DNA of 64,000 bases, from NCBI GenBank assembly GCA_028534125.1, contig CM052816.1, positions 10,046,001 to 10,110,000 on the forward strand. Direction: 5' to 3'. Positions 1 through 11,913 of this stretch are shown one piece after another. The translations under genes were made by a program, and so were the position numbers. The DNA comes from Lama glama (Eukaryota). Below the pieces are notes generated by a model. The model worked only from the letters and a program-made list of their open reading frames with translations. It had not been told where the DNA came from and did no database searches. Positions within the stretch are counted from its first letter, which is position 1. Each line of letters opens with the position of its first letter.

Positions 1-294
1 TACATGGAACAGAGTCAGTCTGAAGTACCTGGAGGATGTCCAGACTGTCAAGAAGGCGCTTAATATCCGGTCTGAAGCTCAGAGGAGAGATCTAGGAAAA
101 AAGATAACATGTATTTTGGAAATAAATAAATGTGTGTATAAATATGTATTATCTGATATCTTTTATAATTATTTGATTACTTTTTCATGGCCTGTCTCCC
201 CCAACCAAAATGCAATGGAAACTCCACAAGGGCAGGAGCTGTCATTTTTATTCACTGTTACATACCCAGAGGTGAGGACAGTTTTTGGCACACG

Positions 295-767
295 GTAAGA
301 CCTGGGAGGGTCTAGGATTTTACCCTCTTTGGAAGCTGACAGGTCAGCCTGCCACAGTTAAAGGGATGCCAGCAGAAGACACAGCCTCCTGAGTCAGAGG
401 AATGAGATGCAACCATTCAATAGCACGTCAGAGTGTCAGCATTCGCTCTGGTTCTCCAGAACCAGTCTCCCTAGGGGCACTGAGGAGGGCTCGGGGTACC
501 TGCACCGGAAGGCCAGTGTGCCACAAGGGAAGGAGGCCAAGCTTTTAAAAACCCCCTATCTTTTTAAAAGGGCACTAGGCCCGCCCTGGTGAGAGATTAT
601 CTTACTATAACCAACGGTAAACAAACCTCCCCTTTACTTCAGGCTTTCTAAGGCTGTTTATTGTACAAACGCTCTTGAGAAAATTGATTGAAACACAGGC
701 AGTCAGTGTCTTTATCCACAAGACGGGCAGAAACACGAGAGAGAGTGAAGAATTGCCTCCCCAAGCA
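295..767 (-). mobile_element. Old solo LTR, MER74-like (ERVL), inserted next to an L2 3' remnant
   Basis: Ends GTAAGACCTGGGAGGGTCTAGGATTTTACCCT and GAATTGCCTCCCCAAGCA resemble the reverse complement of MER74-family termini (recognition only). Confidence 0.65.
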
Positions 768-1299
768 ACACATAGCGAACACAATATGTATTTTGAATGA
801 AAGATTAACACTCTGAGGGAGGTCCTAGTATTATTTCTGTTCTTAGATAAACAAATTGAGGCACAGCTGAAGTGAACTTCTTGTAAAAGAACCTGGAACT
901 ATTATGTGTCTCTAGTGAGCCCACGCCAGCCCCCGAGCACACGTACTCTTTAGGGAACTGAGTCCTCCCTGCCTCTAACCTGCCCCTCTGTTAGCCACTT
1001 TGGGCTTTTGAATGGGTGATAGAAAAAGAGAGAAATGAGACAGAGAATAAAAAAGGGGAGCTTAAGAATGGAGAAGGTTTTTTAGATATCCACACCTGTT
1101 CACACATCCAGAACTACAGAGTGCAAGGAACTCCGAGTTCACCTTACAGATGAGAAAACCAGGCCTCGAGGGAAACAAAGGGGGCCTTTCAGTGGTCACA
1201 GAGGAAGTTAGGGGGAGAACCAACTAACTAACCACGAGTGATCTCTTCCTGACAGTCCTTACCTGGCATATCTCTGGCCCAGCTATTCCTCTTATCTTT

Positions 1300-1501
1300 C
1301 TGACACAGGTGACATGCCCCAAACCTGGGGGCAGGCTAGGCTACAGAGTCAATCAATAACCAAGGGGATCTGGGCCACAGGGCAGCAGGTGGAGCCTGGC
1401 ATCCTATGCAGCCTATATGACCCCTCCAGTCTCAGGGTTCTGGAGACAAGTGGCAAGTTTAGAGCAGTTTTCGACTGAGCTCTGGACATAGAACTTCAGC
1501 C
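1300..1501 (+). promoter_or_regulatory. SPINK1: SPINK1 proximal promoter and 5' UTR: HNF1-type site, E-box, TATA-like box
   Basis: GTCAATCAATAAC at 1348-1360 (HNF1 consensus GTTAATNATTAAC), at about c.-150 where human SPINK1 has its HNF1 site. CAGGTG E-box at 1386-1391 (candidate PTF1 component). TATATGA at 1414-1420. Confidence 0.75.
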
Positions 1502-1556
1502 ATGAAGATAGCAAGCATCTTTCTTCTCAGTGCCTTGGCCCTGTTGAGTTCATCTG
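1502..1556 (+). CDS. SPINK1: SPINK1 coding exon 1 (signal peptide)
   Basis: gccATG Kozak context; encodes [18 protein letters not shown](G); donor GTAGGT at 1557. Confidence 0.97.
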
Positions 1557-4500
1557 GTAGGTGTCTTGGCATATTTTTCTAATTTGTGTGAGACCTTTTT
1601 GACCTGTTACTTTACTGAGCACATTACCGTCTAGATTTAGAGTTTAATCTTGGTCAGCTCTTTTGATCCTAATAAGATGAAATAAGACCAGTGGATGAAA
1701 ATTTTACATAGAAAAAGGGATTGTAACATCACACAAGGAAAACAATGTTACTAGTGGGAAGTGCCCGGAGGCGAAATGGTTTTCCCCAGGCAATAAGCCT
1801 GACCCTTTGTCAGAGATACGGCAGAAAAAAGAAGGGATTATTTCAATCTCAAGTACCTTTTTAACTCTGTAAATGGTTAAGGCCAGTTTACAAATTTTAA
1901 GTTCTCATGGAACCACATAAATAGATAACAATGGTTTACTAAAGGCAGAGTTTGATTCAAAATTTTGACCTACAGATTATTTCCAGAAAAATATTCTTGA
2001 ATAGATGGTGTGTGTATAACCCCCAAATGGCTTGACAACTTTGACAATCTGAAACCACAGGATAGAGATCAGCTTCCTTTTTGCCACTGGAAACGATGAA
2101 CACTTTTAACTTCTTATCAGATCCAGCAAACACACCTGCTGACAGGCAACTCGGCACTTTGAGAAGAAGACAAGCAATATTGTTTGTTGTATTTGCTAAA
2201 TATTTATGGGGGCAATAGTCCCTTTTCCCCATCTCATGCGTATTTATTAATACAGATGGACACCTGTAGTGACCACCTGCTCATCCATTTTCAGACTCAA
2301 CTAGATTCTGAAATTCTGCTGGGACCTTCTTCTCCAAGCCCATAGGTGTCTCATTATTTTTCAAGACATTTAGCTAGGAAGAACTACCTCCTTACCCAGA
2401 TCACCTCAGAGATTGTTAATATCAAAACCAAATCTCACCAGCATTTCTTCCTTTGGATACTATCAGATTAGTTCCCCTTTCCTGAAATGAGCTCACCCAC
2501 AATCACCATTCTCTACATGATGTCAGCAAGACCTGCTATTTTCTGGGGAATGAAGCATGGCAACTTTAAGCATCTACTATAAGTTCAAGAAATGTGAATT
2601 GTACTAATAGTGTAATGCAATGGAGGGAAAGAGCTCCATTTTGTAACATTCCTTACAAAAGAAGACACATGTAATTGCTAAAAGTTAGTTTTGTATCAGA
2701 ACACCTGGTTAATGCTAGTGGTAACTGTTTCACAGCTAGTCATACAAACTCTCCATAGCTTCATGGATAAACTGAGATCAAGATACTTTTAACTTTCCAC
2801 ATTACTAACTGTGAGATCAACAGTCTGGTAACTGGTCGTTACTAGTGGGCATTCAGAAGACATTTGCTCGGCGCCTGATACATTTCAAGCAGTAAGTACA
2901 TCATTTCTATTTTCAAGCAAATGGAAATTGAGATACTTTGGTCACAATCAAATTTTTGCATAACTTTTTGAGGTTTCAGCATGCAGGGAGTAGATACCAA
3001 TGAGATGTCCTTGAAAAAAAGGCAAAATAAGAAGGAGCGGGTAGCGACCAGCAGAGAATTCACAGATTTAAATGGAAGCAGAAAATTCTGAATGACCCAA
3101 CCTCACCTATCTGATTTATGTTTTCTAGGTAACACTAATGCTAACTTCCTGGGAAGAGAGGTAAATACAATTTTGTAATTTCTTATCTCTGGGGCTAGGA
3201 CTGTTTGTTCCAACCAAAGCACAGTCTGTCACCTTTTACTTTAGCCTGAACTTAATACGAGGAGTATAAATGCTGGCAAGGCTTAACCTATAAATGTGGG
3301 TAATAACTGTAGTTCCCCCACAGGCGTTTATGCTGAAGGACAAATTCACCAATACCTAAACAGTTTCTATGCAGTCAATTAATGCTTGTTATAAAGGGGT
3401 TTTTATATATACTAGGGCACTCTGGTAGGGCAAGGATGTTCAGTGGAAGCCTTAATATAACTCCACGTTGCCCTTCCTCCTTACAGCCAGTTTGACTACG
3501 TTGGCATAAAGTTCTCCCCATCAACAAGATGAAGCTCTAATTTATAATGAGCAAAAATAGTAATAAACTCGGTTCTTTCTCTAGAAGTATATTCTGTATC
3601 TAACTTTTCCATTTTTCTTGAAATTACCATTTATAATGTAAATTTCAGTAACGTTGGAGACCAAAGGAAGAAGTGTCCCTCTCTCATTACATTTATATCT
3701 AGTGGGAAGGCAGATGACAAACCAAAAGTACGAGTAAAATAAATTATTATATCTGTGATATGTTCTAAAGAAGTTTTGGTACCATTAGAAACCTAGCTTA
3801 GTTAGCTCAGGGAAGGTGCCCTAAAGTCGGTGAGCTTTATTTTCAGCCATGAAGGATAAGTGGGTGTTACCAACATATCACCAGCGGGGAGAAGCAGTAG
3901 CATGAGGCGGTTAGGAGCTAAAGCTCAGGACCTAGACTGCCTGGGCTTGAGTCCCAGATCCAGGAATCATCAGGTGTGTGGCCCTGGAGGATTCAGTCTT
4001 TCTGTCACACTGTCTTCACCAGAAGAAGAGTACAGTACAACGCTCCCAGAACAGTTGTACAGTTTAAATATAACACAAAAAAGCACTTAGGACAATGTCT
4101 GGCCTCTAACAGTCTGTCGATAATTACTAATTCTTACTGATGGTAGAGGAAACAGGCTGTGCAAAGACTGCAAGGGTGGAAGGAAGCACCTTGCGTCTTT
4201 AAGTGATCTGAAGACCAGGGAGGTGGGACTATCGTGTGCTGGGATGAACATGCCCGCCGGCGTGGCTGACCAGACCGACGGGAGCCAGCCCCTGCAGTAA
4301 TTGTCAACTTGAACATTAACCCACTCGCCTCATTCACACCTCACAACACTGTGGGCCAGATGGGTGGGGGAAAAGACAGCATCATTGCCATTCTGCAGAT
4401 GAAGTGACTGTGGTTCAGACACGCCAACAGATTTATAAATGTCACACAACTTGTAAATAGCAGAGGCATTACTTCAAACCAGGGTTTCTGACTCCAAATC

Positions 4501-7500
4501 TCGGATTCTTCCTCTTGAACACTCAGTATCACTCTCCCAGTTATCATCATGCTTCCATCTTTAAATCGATCGACTCCAGGAAGGTTTTAGAAATTTTGCT
4601 ATAAAGTCAAAGAAGGAAGAATGATAGAAAGTGACTCTGTTTCATTCCATTTTTAGGCTAAATGTAGCAATGAAGTGAGTGGATGTTCCAAGATTTATAA
4701 CCCTGTCTGTGGGACTGATGGAGTTACTTATTCTAATGAATGCATGTTATGTATTGAAAATACGTGAGTATACACTTTAATTTCTTTTAAAATATATATT
4801 TTAAGCTAGATGTATTCCAATATTTACATATATTATTCCTCTAAGCCCCAGTGAATATACCAATAACATTAATCTTACCATGAGAGAAACAAAGTATCTA
4901 GTTTTCTTCAAAACAACTCTTGATCTCTTTTTCTCCTTATTACATATCTGTTATGATCATATATAGAGGTGTGAGAGTGTGTGTGTGTACTTGGATAGAA
5001 AATAGTATTTACTATGTCAATCATTGTGTGAGGCACTTAATTTTCACAATGACTCCATGAGGTAAATAATTCCAGGCTTATTATACACAGGAAGAAATTG
5101 AAACACAGTTTAAATAACTTGCTCAAGATCACCCAGCAATGAGTGGCAGATTAGGGACAGAATCCTTGTTCTTTCCACTACCAGACTAAGCATTTCCAAG
5201 ATCCAGGAGAAAATCTAACAAGTGTTGTCTCCCAGCTTGGGTACACTCAAGGCTGCCACCGTGTGGCCGATGGTGGTATAAGCAACTTTTGAAAGAACTA
5301 ATTCTGCCTGCTGAGATTTGGAGACGTCTGGAGGCTTTCTCTAGGCCATAAAGGAGACAGACGCATTCCAGTAGGAAGGAAAAACTGAACAAAAGTGAGA
5401 AAGGAATTAATGGTATGGTATCAAAGATGCTAAGGAAAGGACAATGGAACAGAGGATGAAAAGCGTTTGAATGGTTCTCGCGATTTTTAAAAAATCATTT
5501 CTATGATAAAAACCTAAGTAAGCTTTTATAGCAGACAGTAGGTAGTCTGGATTTTTTTTTAACCCATACACCCAAAATACCTTTGAACTTCAAACATTTT
5601 CCTTGGTGACAGCAAAGACTGTGTTTCCTAAAGCCCTCAAGTATGCAAACCCAAATTATCTGGATTAGGGACCAGAAATGTACTTTTATAACACGTTAGC
5701 ATATGGATGTGAGAGCCAGCCTCAGTGGAGTTTCTGACCTGACAGTAGGTGGGCAGGTGATGGAAACCAGACTCAGGAACTCAGAGACATAGATTCGCCA
5801 CAGATTTTTTATCTTAGCCAGCTACTGAACACTTACGTGCCAAGCATTCTGCTATCTCCTCTGCTTTCTTTGTGGCTATAACTAAGAAAATAGTACAAAT
5901 AAGGTAGCTTCTTGGAACTTATGACAAATGCCATCACATGAGGTGTGAGCAACATGACACAGCAGTGAAGGAGAGACACAGATTGCTTGCTATTGAAAGG
6001 GTTAAGAAAGGATTCATGAAAAGGATGTCACTTAAACAGGGGTCTGCATTTTGATAGTATCACAAAAACATCCCAGGTTAAATAAAGGTGTAGAATGGTC
6101 AAAACCAATAAGAGATTCCACAAGTGACCCAGAGAACTCTAACTTATCCTGGAAATGACTTGGTATTAAGACCTTGATTTAGGCTCAAATAACTGCATAC
6201 ATTTTCACTACTCCACTGCTTAAATTCCCTACACCATGAACCCTCTTCCTGTCTGCTTTAAATCATTTCAGAAAATCCTCAGTACTTAACAAGAATTGTG
6301 GAAAGATGTCCCCAGGGAGACAAATCTAATATCCTGAACTTTAAGGCCCCCCAAACATTAGGTGTTTTGCTTTTTAAAAAATTTTCCACATTAAAGACTT
6401 GTAAAAGGAACCTGAAACCACTTGTTAATTTTCTCATGGCCTATATTGTTGACATTAAAGTCAAACATTGCCATCTAAGGGGAGGAGAAAGCAACAGAAC
6501 AGCCTTGAGACTTGGGCAACTTCCAAGTGCCAAGATCAAAAGGCCCAATACATAGAGTGAAACACTGGAAAATATGAGCACAGAGCTGGGACACCCTGTT
6601 TCCTTAGCCTTTAAAACCTACCAGCCCAACCAGCTCCTTCTGTTCTTTCAAACATATGTAAATATGTGAGCAACATTTGAATAACAGAAAATGTAACTTC
6701 TCTTCCCATATTTCCCTGATAAGAGAACAGGTCTAGAGAGAAAATGTGGCTTTTTCAAATGCAACATATTGTCAAATGTATCATCTTGCCTTTCTCTCTA
6801 CTGCCTATTAAAAGCTCCAAATAATATAGTAAACTAGAGCCAGGCTCTAACGCTAGCTGTTGGGTTCTGAGACAGGACAAACAAGGACCTGAATCACCTT
6901 GATCCTTATGTACTTGGCAGATATATTCAGCAAGGGCTTTTTTCCTAATTCTTCTACGTCTTCTTAGGGGATCTATACTGACAAATTCTTTTCTATAGAT
7001 GAGCATTTTCCCGTAGAAATTTCTGCAGTGATGGAAATGCTGTCCAACATGGAGTCCTCTCGCCATGGCACTAGCACTTAAATGTGGCTACTACAACTGA
7101 AAAGCTGGATTTTTAATATTAATTAAGTTTAACTGATTTAAAGTTAAATAGCTATATGTGGATACTGTCAGCTATCGTAAACAGCGCAGCTGCAGAAAAC
7201 GGGTCAACCCGTGGGCTCTGTTTAGTTGTTAACTATAGCAGGTATCATATGGGGTAAGGATAAGATATCCTTTTGCAACATCTCACAGATGTGAATATCC
7301 AGAGTTCTAAGGCAAAAGATAAATCAATTAGAAGGTCCTGAAGTAGCCTGGGCACCAGCTAAGATGGAAACCTGGTGGCTAGGACAACGACACCAGAAGT
7401 AAAAGAAGCAACCATGGATTAAAGATGAATTTCAGAGGGTTATTACAATGCCCCACTAGATCTGGAAACTCTGCAAGGACAGCATTTTCCCCTTCTGTTG

Positions 7501-7756
7501 TATTCCTAGTGTATGTAATGGTTCTGTATCAGTTATTTGATGAATTAATGAATAAGTGAGTAAGTAAATGAGTAAGAGAAATTGAAATGGGAATAAACCT
7601 CAAACTTCTCTATTTTACATAAAGCTAATCTTTTATCCTTGTCTTTCTCCCATAGTCACATTTTTGTCAGCAAAGTTTAAGCTGATTTTTTTTCCCATTC
7701 TCTTCTACAGGAAGCGCCAGGTTCCTGTCCTCATTCAAAAATCTGGGCCTTGCTGA
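1502..7756 (+). CDS. SPINK1: SPINK1, pancreatic secretory trypsin inhibitor (Kazal type 1); spliced CDS join(1502..1556,3129..3160,4657..4763,7711..7756), 79 aa
   Basis: Manual splicing gives [79 protein letters not shown]. It has a signal peptide, six Kazal cysteines, the PVCGTDG-TY-NEC motif and a K-I reactive site. Coding exons are 55/32/107/46 nt and all introns are GT-AG, matching the known SPINK1 structure. Confidence 0.98.
3129..3160 (+). CDS. SPINK1: SPINK1 exon 2
   Basis: Acceptor ttttctAG; 32 nt encoding (G)[10 protein letters not shown]; donor GTAAAT at 3161. Confidence 0.96.
4330..4530 (-). mobile_element. MIR SINE in SPINK1 intron 2
   Basis: MIR-core-like run: cctcacaacactgtg...ccattctgcagatgaagtgactgtggttcaga...gtcacacaacttgtaaatagcagag...tctgactccaaa. 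Confidence 0.65.
4657..4763 (+). CDS. SPINK1: SPINK1 exon 3 (Kazal domain core)
   Basis: Acceptor tttttAG; 107 nt encoding [35 protein letters not shown](T); donor GTGAGT at 4764. Confidence 0.98.
7000..7192. mobile_element. MER3-like hAT-Charlie DNA transposon remnant in SPINK1 intron 3
   Basis: tagaaatttctgcagtgatggaaatg...gcacttaaatgtggcta...ttaaatagctatatgtgg...acagcgcag resembles MER3. Confidence 0.6.
7711..7756 (+). CDS. SPINK1: SPINK1 exon 4 coding part
   Basis: Polypyrimidine tract plus tacAG acceptor; encodes [14 protein letters not shown] then TGA at 7754-7756. Confidence 0.97.
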
Positions 7757-7814
7757 GAATCAAGGTTCTGAAATCCCGTCAGAATACTATGACGTGTGGC
7801 TGGCCTGATTGTTG

Positions 7815-7820
7815 AATAAA
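7815..7820 (+). terminator. SPINK1: SPINK1 polyadenylation signal AATAAA
   Basis: First AATAAA after the stop codon, 58 nt downstream, followed by T/GT-rich sequence. Confidence 0.85.
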
Positions 7821-9773
7821 TAATTCCTGTTGCATCTAAATACTTCCTGTTGCTCCCATATGCTTTTATGATTTTACCTCAAAGGCATGTTTGATTGTAC
7901 TGAGGACAGAGAATGGAGGCAAACTCAGAATAAACCAAGTTTCCCAAAACACAGCAATTCGATAGTTTTGGACAGGGTTTCATGATGCTTTTTCCTTCCC
8001 CATCTTCCTGACGTTCTGAGGACTCTGTCTCAGGGAATGTGATTGCAGATATTAAGTGACAGGACACAACTGATCATGAATACATGTAATCCCATGGACT
8101 GGCATTTTAAGAAATAGTTGGGAAACCCTCAGTGTAGGAACATGTTGCCCATCACCTTTCACCAACTGAAATAATCCCTTTTGGTTTCCTTGGGATTTAA
8201 TTGAGCATCTGTTGTGCCTGGCACTGGTCTAGGTACAGAGACATATGATTTCAAAATGTTACCTGTCTGATAGAATAGAGTTTAGTCTTAAGGTTTTTCC
8301 ATGTATCTTAGGATGTAGATTTCAGGTTAGACACAATTTTCTCAAAGAGGCTCTGAATCATTGAGGAAATGAAAAAAGCTACATTTTCTCAACTATGCTG
8401 TGGAGGAGCCTCCGTATTCAGTCTTCATTCTCCTCCAGCAGAGGCCACTCCCCAATAGTTACCGAGGTGAGTAGCAATGGTATAGAGCTGCCTGCTCTCC
8501 CTGGTAGCCTGAGGACTGCATCTAGGGCTTGACCTGGAGATCTGCTTCTTTGAGCCTGACAGGTTTGTGCTGAGATAACCAGAGGAACAAAGACCTGCTT
8601 CTGAACTAACTTTTACCACCAAACCAACCCCAGATGATCTGCCATGAAAGGAAGGGACTATAGACCAGAGGAACTGACTATGAGGCCTTTGTGCAGTTCA
8701 CTTTGCTTTACACATGGGCCACAATAACTCTGAAAGGTTATCCTTATCTTGTGAGTAAACTTGGAAAAGTTAAGTAACCCAACTAATAACACCAGCAAAT
8801 AAGGTGGTAAAGTTAGGCTTTTAATTCTGGGCTGCCTCCAAATCTAATGCTTTTTAGTCTAAACCACATTCATTTAGGGAGGACTTTTCCTTTCCAATTT
8901 CTTCCATAAGAATATTAAGCACCATCCTCATACTGAATGGTCTATGTGTTTACAGGCAGGGACAGCAAATAAGGTAGAAATAAGGAAGGGCCTCATAAGG
9001 AAAAGAAAGTATCTATAATCACTAATAAAGAGAAGGAAAAGCAGCTTGAATTCCTAAGTTCATACAAAGAAGTAGCCCTCAAGTAGCCCAGAACGGAGAA
9101 GTGGACAGAGGAGGAAATGACCCTGAGATGTGTCAGGCTTCCTGATAAATAGTGGAGGATACATCACCGAGTGAACCAGAAGTAACCCATAAAATCTGTC
9201 CCACACTTGCAAAACACAGTTGCTTGACACTCTATGGTTTAAGTTAATTTCTTGTGATATTCAGAATATGTCTTGAGGTTTAAATCTGACCACTAGAGGA
9301 TGCTGTGGTCTGCCAAGTGATTCAGCCAAACCCACACCTGGCAGCTCACCAGATAAGTTAGGGATGCAAGATGGCTTCCAGCATCTTGTTTGTGCCGCCA
9401 GAGGACATTTCAAGGGCATCCCTAAGCTTAAGGAACTTTGCCACAGTAAACAGATTTAAACACTGAATGCTAGAAATTGTCTTGTCTAATCAGACCATTT
9501 TACAGTTCTGGAGAAAAAAGTTTTGGAGGTTATAGGTAGAGGCAACACATAAACCCAGACTGCCTTTTAATGGTTCTGCTGACCTGTTAAAAGATAAACT
9601 TATGCAACCCACATTTCTGTCTGGCCGTATTTTGGGGGCCCCCAACCTGACTGATGCCAAGCCAAATACTCAGGACACAAAACAAACAAGAAGGCAATAG
9701 CTGTCCCTAGGAGAGAAAGGATGGACAACCAATGGTACCAGAAAGCAAATTCACAAGTCACAATTCAAAGATC

Positions 9774-10326
9774 TGAAACTGAGCAGGACTCTGTGAGACC
9801 TGTCCCAGTACAAATCCTTTCCCTGTCCCCTGTTTCTTGTTTGCAGGAAAAAGGCTTCAGCCTCCTGGACCATCCTGAGTTCCAAAGGGAAGATTCAAAC
9901 AGTTGCAATGAGGGAAGTAAGGGAATGAAGAAACAATGGAGGAGGAATCAAGAATCTATAGAGCAGTGATTAAAGCGGGGTCCTGGCTCCTCCTCAGGGA
10001 ATATACATAATATCTTTGAGATCTTCTGCAGGAACTAAGGCCCCCACCCACTGGCGGAGGATGGCAACTTCAGGCTGAGCACAAGGTTCCTGGAGCACCG
10101 GCCTGTTACCTCACCACCAACCAGTCAGAAGAAAGTCACACAGCCTGCTGCCTTCACCCCAAATTTTGCCCATAAAACATCTTCCCTGAAAACCGTCAGG
10201 GACTCCGGGGTTTTTGAGCACGAGCCATTCATTCTCGCGTGGCCCTGCAAACTTTCTCTGCTCCAATCTCGACGTTTCAGTTTGGCCTCACTGTGTGTCA
10301 GGCACACGAACTTGTGTTGTGAAACA
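9774..10326 (+). mobile_element. Solo ERV1-type LTR nested in the internal region of the older provirus
   Basis: TGAAACTGAGCAGG...TGTGAAACA termini; TATA-like CATAAAA near 10171; resembles cetartiodactyl ERV1 LTRs. TSD is not clean (gatc vs gaat). Confidence 0.7.
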
Positions 10327-10760
10327 GAATTCTTACAAATGTTTTTTCCTGTCTATCTGAATTTGGAAAGGAAGGGACAAAATGAAATTTTACCTTCCTC
10401 TCTCTACCAGGCACCACAGATAGGGACTGAGACGGACGAGCTGACTTTGGTAAAGATTCTTACCCTTCGTCGACTTCTGCCAGAATTCAGAGAGATCCTG
10501 TATGCTGGCTTCAGAGAGAGTGGGGTGTCCCAGCTGGTCTCGTCCTGGTCATCAGGAACTTTAAAGAAGGAAAAATAATTTTCCATCCACCCTTCATGGT
10601 GAGTGGCTGAGACGCGCTTTTCTCCAGGGATCATCTAGGTTAAAAATCCTCCACTGTGGCCAACGTTATTCACCATTATCTTTGGTAAGGTTACTGCTTG
10701 TTCTCCCTTCAAACAATATTTTCATTCGCCCAAGGCCTCACGCTGCACCGAGAACAGCGG

Positions 10761-11650
10761 AAGTCGGCCCCAGTCTGACCTAGGACCCGGTCGGACCCGG
10801 GAACCGGTCTGGTTTCTAGGTCGGACCCGGCCTTATCCCCGGACCCAGTCTGACCCAGGACCCGGTCTGGTTTCTAGGTCGGACTCAGTCTGACCGCGGA
10901 CCCGGTCTGACCCCGGAACCGGTCTAGTTTCTAAGTCGGACCCAGTCTGACCACGGACTCGGTCTGACCCCAGAACCGGCCTGGTTTCTAAGTCGGACCA
11001 AGTCTGACACCGGAACCGGCCTGCCACTGGACCCAGTCTGACCCTGGACCCGGTCTGGTTTCTGAGTCGGACCCAGTCTGACCCCGGAACCGGCCTGACC
11101 CTGGACCCGGTCTGACCCCCGGAACCGGTCTGACCCCGGACCCAGTCTAGTTTCTAAGTCGGACCCAGTCTGACCGCGGACCCGGTCTGACCCCGGACCC
11201 GGTCTGGTTTCTAAGTCGGACCCTGTCTGACAGCGGACCAGTCTGACCCCGGACCCGGTCTGGTTTCTAAATCGAACCCAGTCTGACCGCAGAACCAGTC
11301 TGACACCGGAACCGGTCTGCCACTGGACCCTGTCTGACCCCGGAACCGGTCTGACCCTGGACCCGATCTGACCCCGGAACCAGTCCGACCCTGGACCCGG
11401 TGTGGTTTCTGAGTCGGACCCAGTCTGACCCCGGAACCGGCCTGACCTTGGACCCGGTCTGGTTTCTAAGTCGGGCCCGGTCTGACCGCAGACCCGGTCT
11501 GACCCTGGACCGGGTCTGGTTTCTAAGTCGGACCCAGTCTGACCGCAGAACCAGTCTGACACCGGAACCGGTCTGCCACTGGACCCGATCTGACCCCGGA
11601 ACCGGTCTGACCCTGGACCCGGTCTGGTTTCTAAGTCGGACCCAGTCCAC
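10761..11650. repeat. CpG-rich complex tandem array of 17-bp (GGACCCGGTCTGACCCC) and 23-bp (GGACCCGGTCTGGTTTCTAAGTC) monomers
   Basis: 12 copies of the 23-mer at spacings 58,57,57,74,92,57,56,142,57,57,108 bp, i.e. about 23+17n with n=2,2,2,3,4,2,2,7,2,2,5. About 35 copies of the 17-mer. Confidence 0.97.
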
Positions 11651-11891
11651 CACCGGAAACAGACCAGTTTCTATGTCCCACGCAGCCCAGCTCCAGCTTG
11701 TTCTAGTTTCAGAACCTAAGCGGGAGAAAGAAATGCTCAATCTGAGAACTCTTAACACAGAAGCTGTGGATGGAGGATGGAGGGAACTTACCCACCAGCT
11801 CCAGGGGCGGCGAGAAAGCGACTCTCAGGGCTCTGCAGGTACCTTCCCTGCTGCTGGTCGTTGCTCCTGGGGGACCCGGGGGGACTCTGGG

Positions 11892-11909
11892 TTCCCTCTC
11901 CTGTCACCA
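11892..11909 (-). other. Retroviral primer-binding site, tRNA-Leu-like
   Basis: Minus strand reads TGGTGACAGGAGAGGGAA, 4 nt from the LTR end; 15/18 match to TGGTGTCAGGAGTGGGAT, the complement of a tRNA-Leu(CAG) 3' end. Splice donor G|GTAAGT lies on the minus strand at 11792-11786. Confidence 0.7.
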
Positions 11910-11913
11910 GACC

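Noticed and set aside
10761..11650. CRISPR-like appearance (constant 23-mer separated by variable-length stretches)
   Set aside because: The 'spacers' are themselves copies of a related 17-mer and not unique sequences. There are no cas genes and the context is mammalian.
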